A stretch of 64,000 nt of DNA from Lama glama. Taxonomy: Eukaryota. Position 1 is the first letter of the stretch. Each line of letters opens with the position of its first letter. Of this stretch, positions 61,123 through 64,000 are shown in pieces. Made by a program: the position numbers and the translations under genes. The notes below the pieces were generated by a model that was not told the DNA's origin, did not search any database, and worked only from the letters and a program-made list of their open reading frames with translations. The DNA is taken from NCBI GenBank assembly GCA_028534125.1, contig CM052826.1:23746001-23810000 (forward strand), given 5' to 3'.

Positions 61123-62698
61123 TTTTTCCTTTTTTTCCAATGTTAAACACCAGATAAACTAGAGAGTTCAATTTCCACGTGTGGTGTGAGGTAAGGCTCT
61201 ACAGAAATTTGCCCTTTTTAAATAATCAGTGAATCGCCTCCTCCAGCCATATGACCCCTCTGCACAGATCGGAAATGCTGCTGATTTACACAGGGGTCTG
61301 TTTCTGGCTTTTCTGGGAGTTTGCCTATCCCAGCCTCCAGTTTTAATGTACCTTCTGAAGTTAGAGTGATTTCAGCATCTGGCAATATGAGTTTCTTATC
61401 TTAAAGTATATATATATATTCCTGACTATCCCGAGTATAATTGCAGACGAACTTCAGAGTTACTTTAAGTGCCCTCTTGAGTTTGGAACTGATTTCATAA
61501 CTGGCTGCTTTTGTGAATTTGAGGTTGATTCTCCTGCCATTTCTCAATTGAGCACCACATTTGCAGGTGACGTTAATTGCATGTAGTCATCTTGTATGGC
61601 CAGAATCAGTAGCTGCTAGTCCACAGATGATGATAACTGGCAAAACTAAGCTCACGAAGTGAATATACATACGTAGTTAACTGCTGGTGAAATGTAAGCT
61701 AATATGCATCCTTTTAGATTAACTGGCGGGACAAAGGCGGGGAAAGCAGCCGCTGCGGAAGGTGGAACATACAGAAAACAGCAGGGATGGACATTTTAAA
61801 TTTTTTTTTTTAATTTTTAATTCTTTTTTGGGAGGAGGGGGAGGTAATATGGTTTATTTATTTGCATTTTTATGGGGTGAATATTTTAAAGCATCACACA
61901 AGATTAGCTCACAGAAAACCAAGGCAGCAGTCATGGGTAGGGCTTGGCTAAATGGAGTCCCTCCCTGGTTTTATGAAAAAGTTTTACTGGCACCCAGCTC
62001 TGCCGGCCCAGGTACAGACCATCTGCAGCCCAAGGTGAAGCAGAGCCAGCGGGACAGAGAAGCTGAAAACAGCCACTCTCGGGCCTCCAGAGGAAAAGTT
62101 GTCCAGTTCCTGACATGGAGGTTGATTCCCTTGTCCTGGTAAAATCTGAGGACTTCGCAGAGGAGTAGAACCACTGCCCTGACACCGTCTTCCCTCCACA
62201 CACACTTAGACAGGGGTGGTGCTGGCCGAACTCCGCAGCTACTAACCCCCTGAGCCCTGCACTTTCAATGGGAGAATCTCATGGCATGTGACTTCTGTCC
62301 CAATAAAGCGCTTTTTAAAAAAGGCACAGCATGGTTCAGAGGGGATCAGGCAATCCAGTCATGAGAAAGCAGGCATTGCGATAACACACATGGGAAAGAG
62401 TGTACTTATTTTGATCAAGATTTCTTGGATAATTTATAGGGGACATCTATTATCTATAGGGAACATATATTAGAAAACTTGATGTGTGGAAATACATTAA
62501 ATGAGATATAAATTTCAGAAAACATTGAAATGATTTAATAAACATTTAAAGTTACTTCTCTTGCCAGCTAAGAAAATACATTAATATACTGATACATTAA
62601 TATATGTTTATTTATATATTAATTATAAAATGATGGATACTTTTATTAAGATTATTTTATATCATATAATTCACTTACAAAATTAATATATGAATTTA

Positions 62699-62775
62699 GG
62701 GGGAGGGTGTAGCTTAGCATGCACGAGGTCCTGGGTTCAATCCCCAGTACCTCCATTAAATATTTTTTAAAAAGA
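62699..62775 (+). mobile_element. tRNA-derived SINE, internally deleted, within AT-rich low-complexity DNA (~62440-62860)
   Basis: gggggagggtgtagcttagcatgcacgaggtcctgggttcaatccccagtacctcc. Confidence 0.75.
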
Positions 62776-64000
62776 AATAGAATGTTTAAAAATATACATA
62801 TTAATTTAATATAATTAAAAGTAAAATAATATGTTATATATGCAATCCATTAAAGGTTATTTACTGGCCATTTTTTTTGAATTTCTCACTCAACAACCAG
62901 AGAGCCTCGGTTTTGGCCAGACTACCAGAAAAGCATTTGTGAACATTGATTTCCTTATTTAACCGATGGTATATTCAACTACATGAAAAATGTCAAATTT
63001 CAAAAAAAAAAAACAGAAAACAACACCCAAAACAGCACAGGCCATCGCCTCTAATCCGAAGGCAGTTGCGTGCCGGTCGCAGCCTCCCAACAGCAAGTCA
63101 GTTGCGGCAGGACCGGCCCTGTGCTGCTCACTGTGACTGCAGGACAACCTGCAGCCATAACCAGCAGGGCCCTTAAAAGACAGCGTGCCTGTCCCGGGAC
63201 CCGGACTCACGGGGCACTCCTGGGCCCGCTTGCAGGGCCCTGCAGGGGCAGGAGCTCACGGGCCTGAGGGCGGGGGCCCCCATTTGTTTCACGGGCTCAC
63301 TCTATTGGTGAATTGAAAACAGACAGCAGAACTTTAAAGGGTGGGAAGGGAAAACACAAGCAGTACAAATTGGTCAGTTACTGAAACCAGCCAAGACCTG
63401 TAACACCAGGCAGCCTCCGTGTGGAGACAGCCCGGATCCTTACGTTGCCAGGAGCCAGCAAGCTGTTGGTCCGTGATGCCCTCTTTGAAGTCAGTAAGTC
63501 AGGCCCTCACCTTATGAAAAAGAAAACAAAAAAGATCAGCTGTCAGGACTTAGGCGACAGTAGCAAAACTAGAAGTTAATAGCCAAAGGTTAAATAGCCC
63601 TCAGCCGTTGGAAACAGACTAAGCCTCCTGAACAAGTACCTCTGCCCGGGGAGAAGAGCCCAGGTTTTTTTGTTTTGTTTTTTTTTTAACTGAAGTAAGG
63701 TTGACTTACAAGAAGAGCCCAGATTTTAAGGGAAGAGTCCATGCTGCAGGGTCAGACAAACCCAACAAAAAACTTGCTGACAAAGGGGGCCGGTCATCCT
63801 CTGGGGGGGCACTGCTGGGGGTGACGCAGCATCCCTGGCCCCACCTACTGGATGCCAGAAGCCCCCCAGACATGACCCCGTGTCCCCTGAGGGCAGAACC
63901 CCCGCGGGTGCGGAGGGTCTGGGCACAGGAGGGTGGTGCCCTTCTGCTCCACCATCGAGGAGAATCTGGGCACCCTGGCCGACGCCTCACACCCTCACCA

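Noticed and set aside
59600-64000. Additional gene downstream of MOB3A
   Set aside because: Only repeats and AT-rich or intergenic sequence; no recognisable exons or CpG island within the window.

Overview
GC-rich mammalian genomic DNA. The tRNA-derived SINEs and the artiodactyl-type L1 3' end suggest a cetartiodactyl, probably a camelid (inference). The window carries the AP3D1-IZUMO4-MOB3A block, in the same order and orientation I recall for human 19p13.3. I traced a complete AP3D1 by hand (+, 32 coding exons, ~1205 aa, two GC-AG introns), IZUMO4 (-, 10 coding exons including four 15-27 nt microexons, ~218 aa) and MOB3A (+, 3 coding exons, 217 aa, head-to-head with IZUMO4). The unexpected element is a sense-oriented retrocopy of IZUMO1R/JUNO (FOLR4), the egg receptor for sperm IZUMO1, inside AP3D1 intron 1 (~6076-8301). 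It is semi-processed: the first two coding introns are gone and the third is retained. It ends in AATAAA plus an A13 tail, splits a MER21-like LTR, has a candidate 5-bp target-site duplication, and carries a 2-nt frameshift that leaves a 128-aa ORF with signal peptide but no GPI signal. A 500-N assembly gap lies within it. Most six-frame ORFs are GC-rich noise. Repeat family names come from remembered consensus sequences, not from a search.
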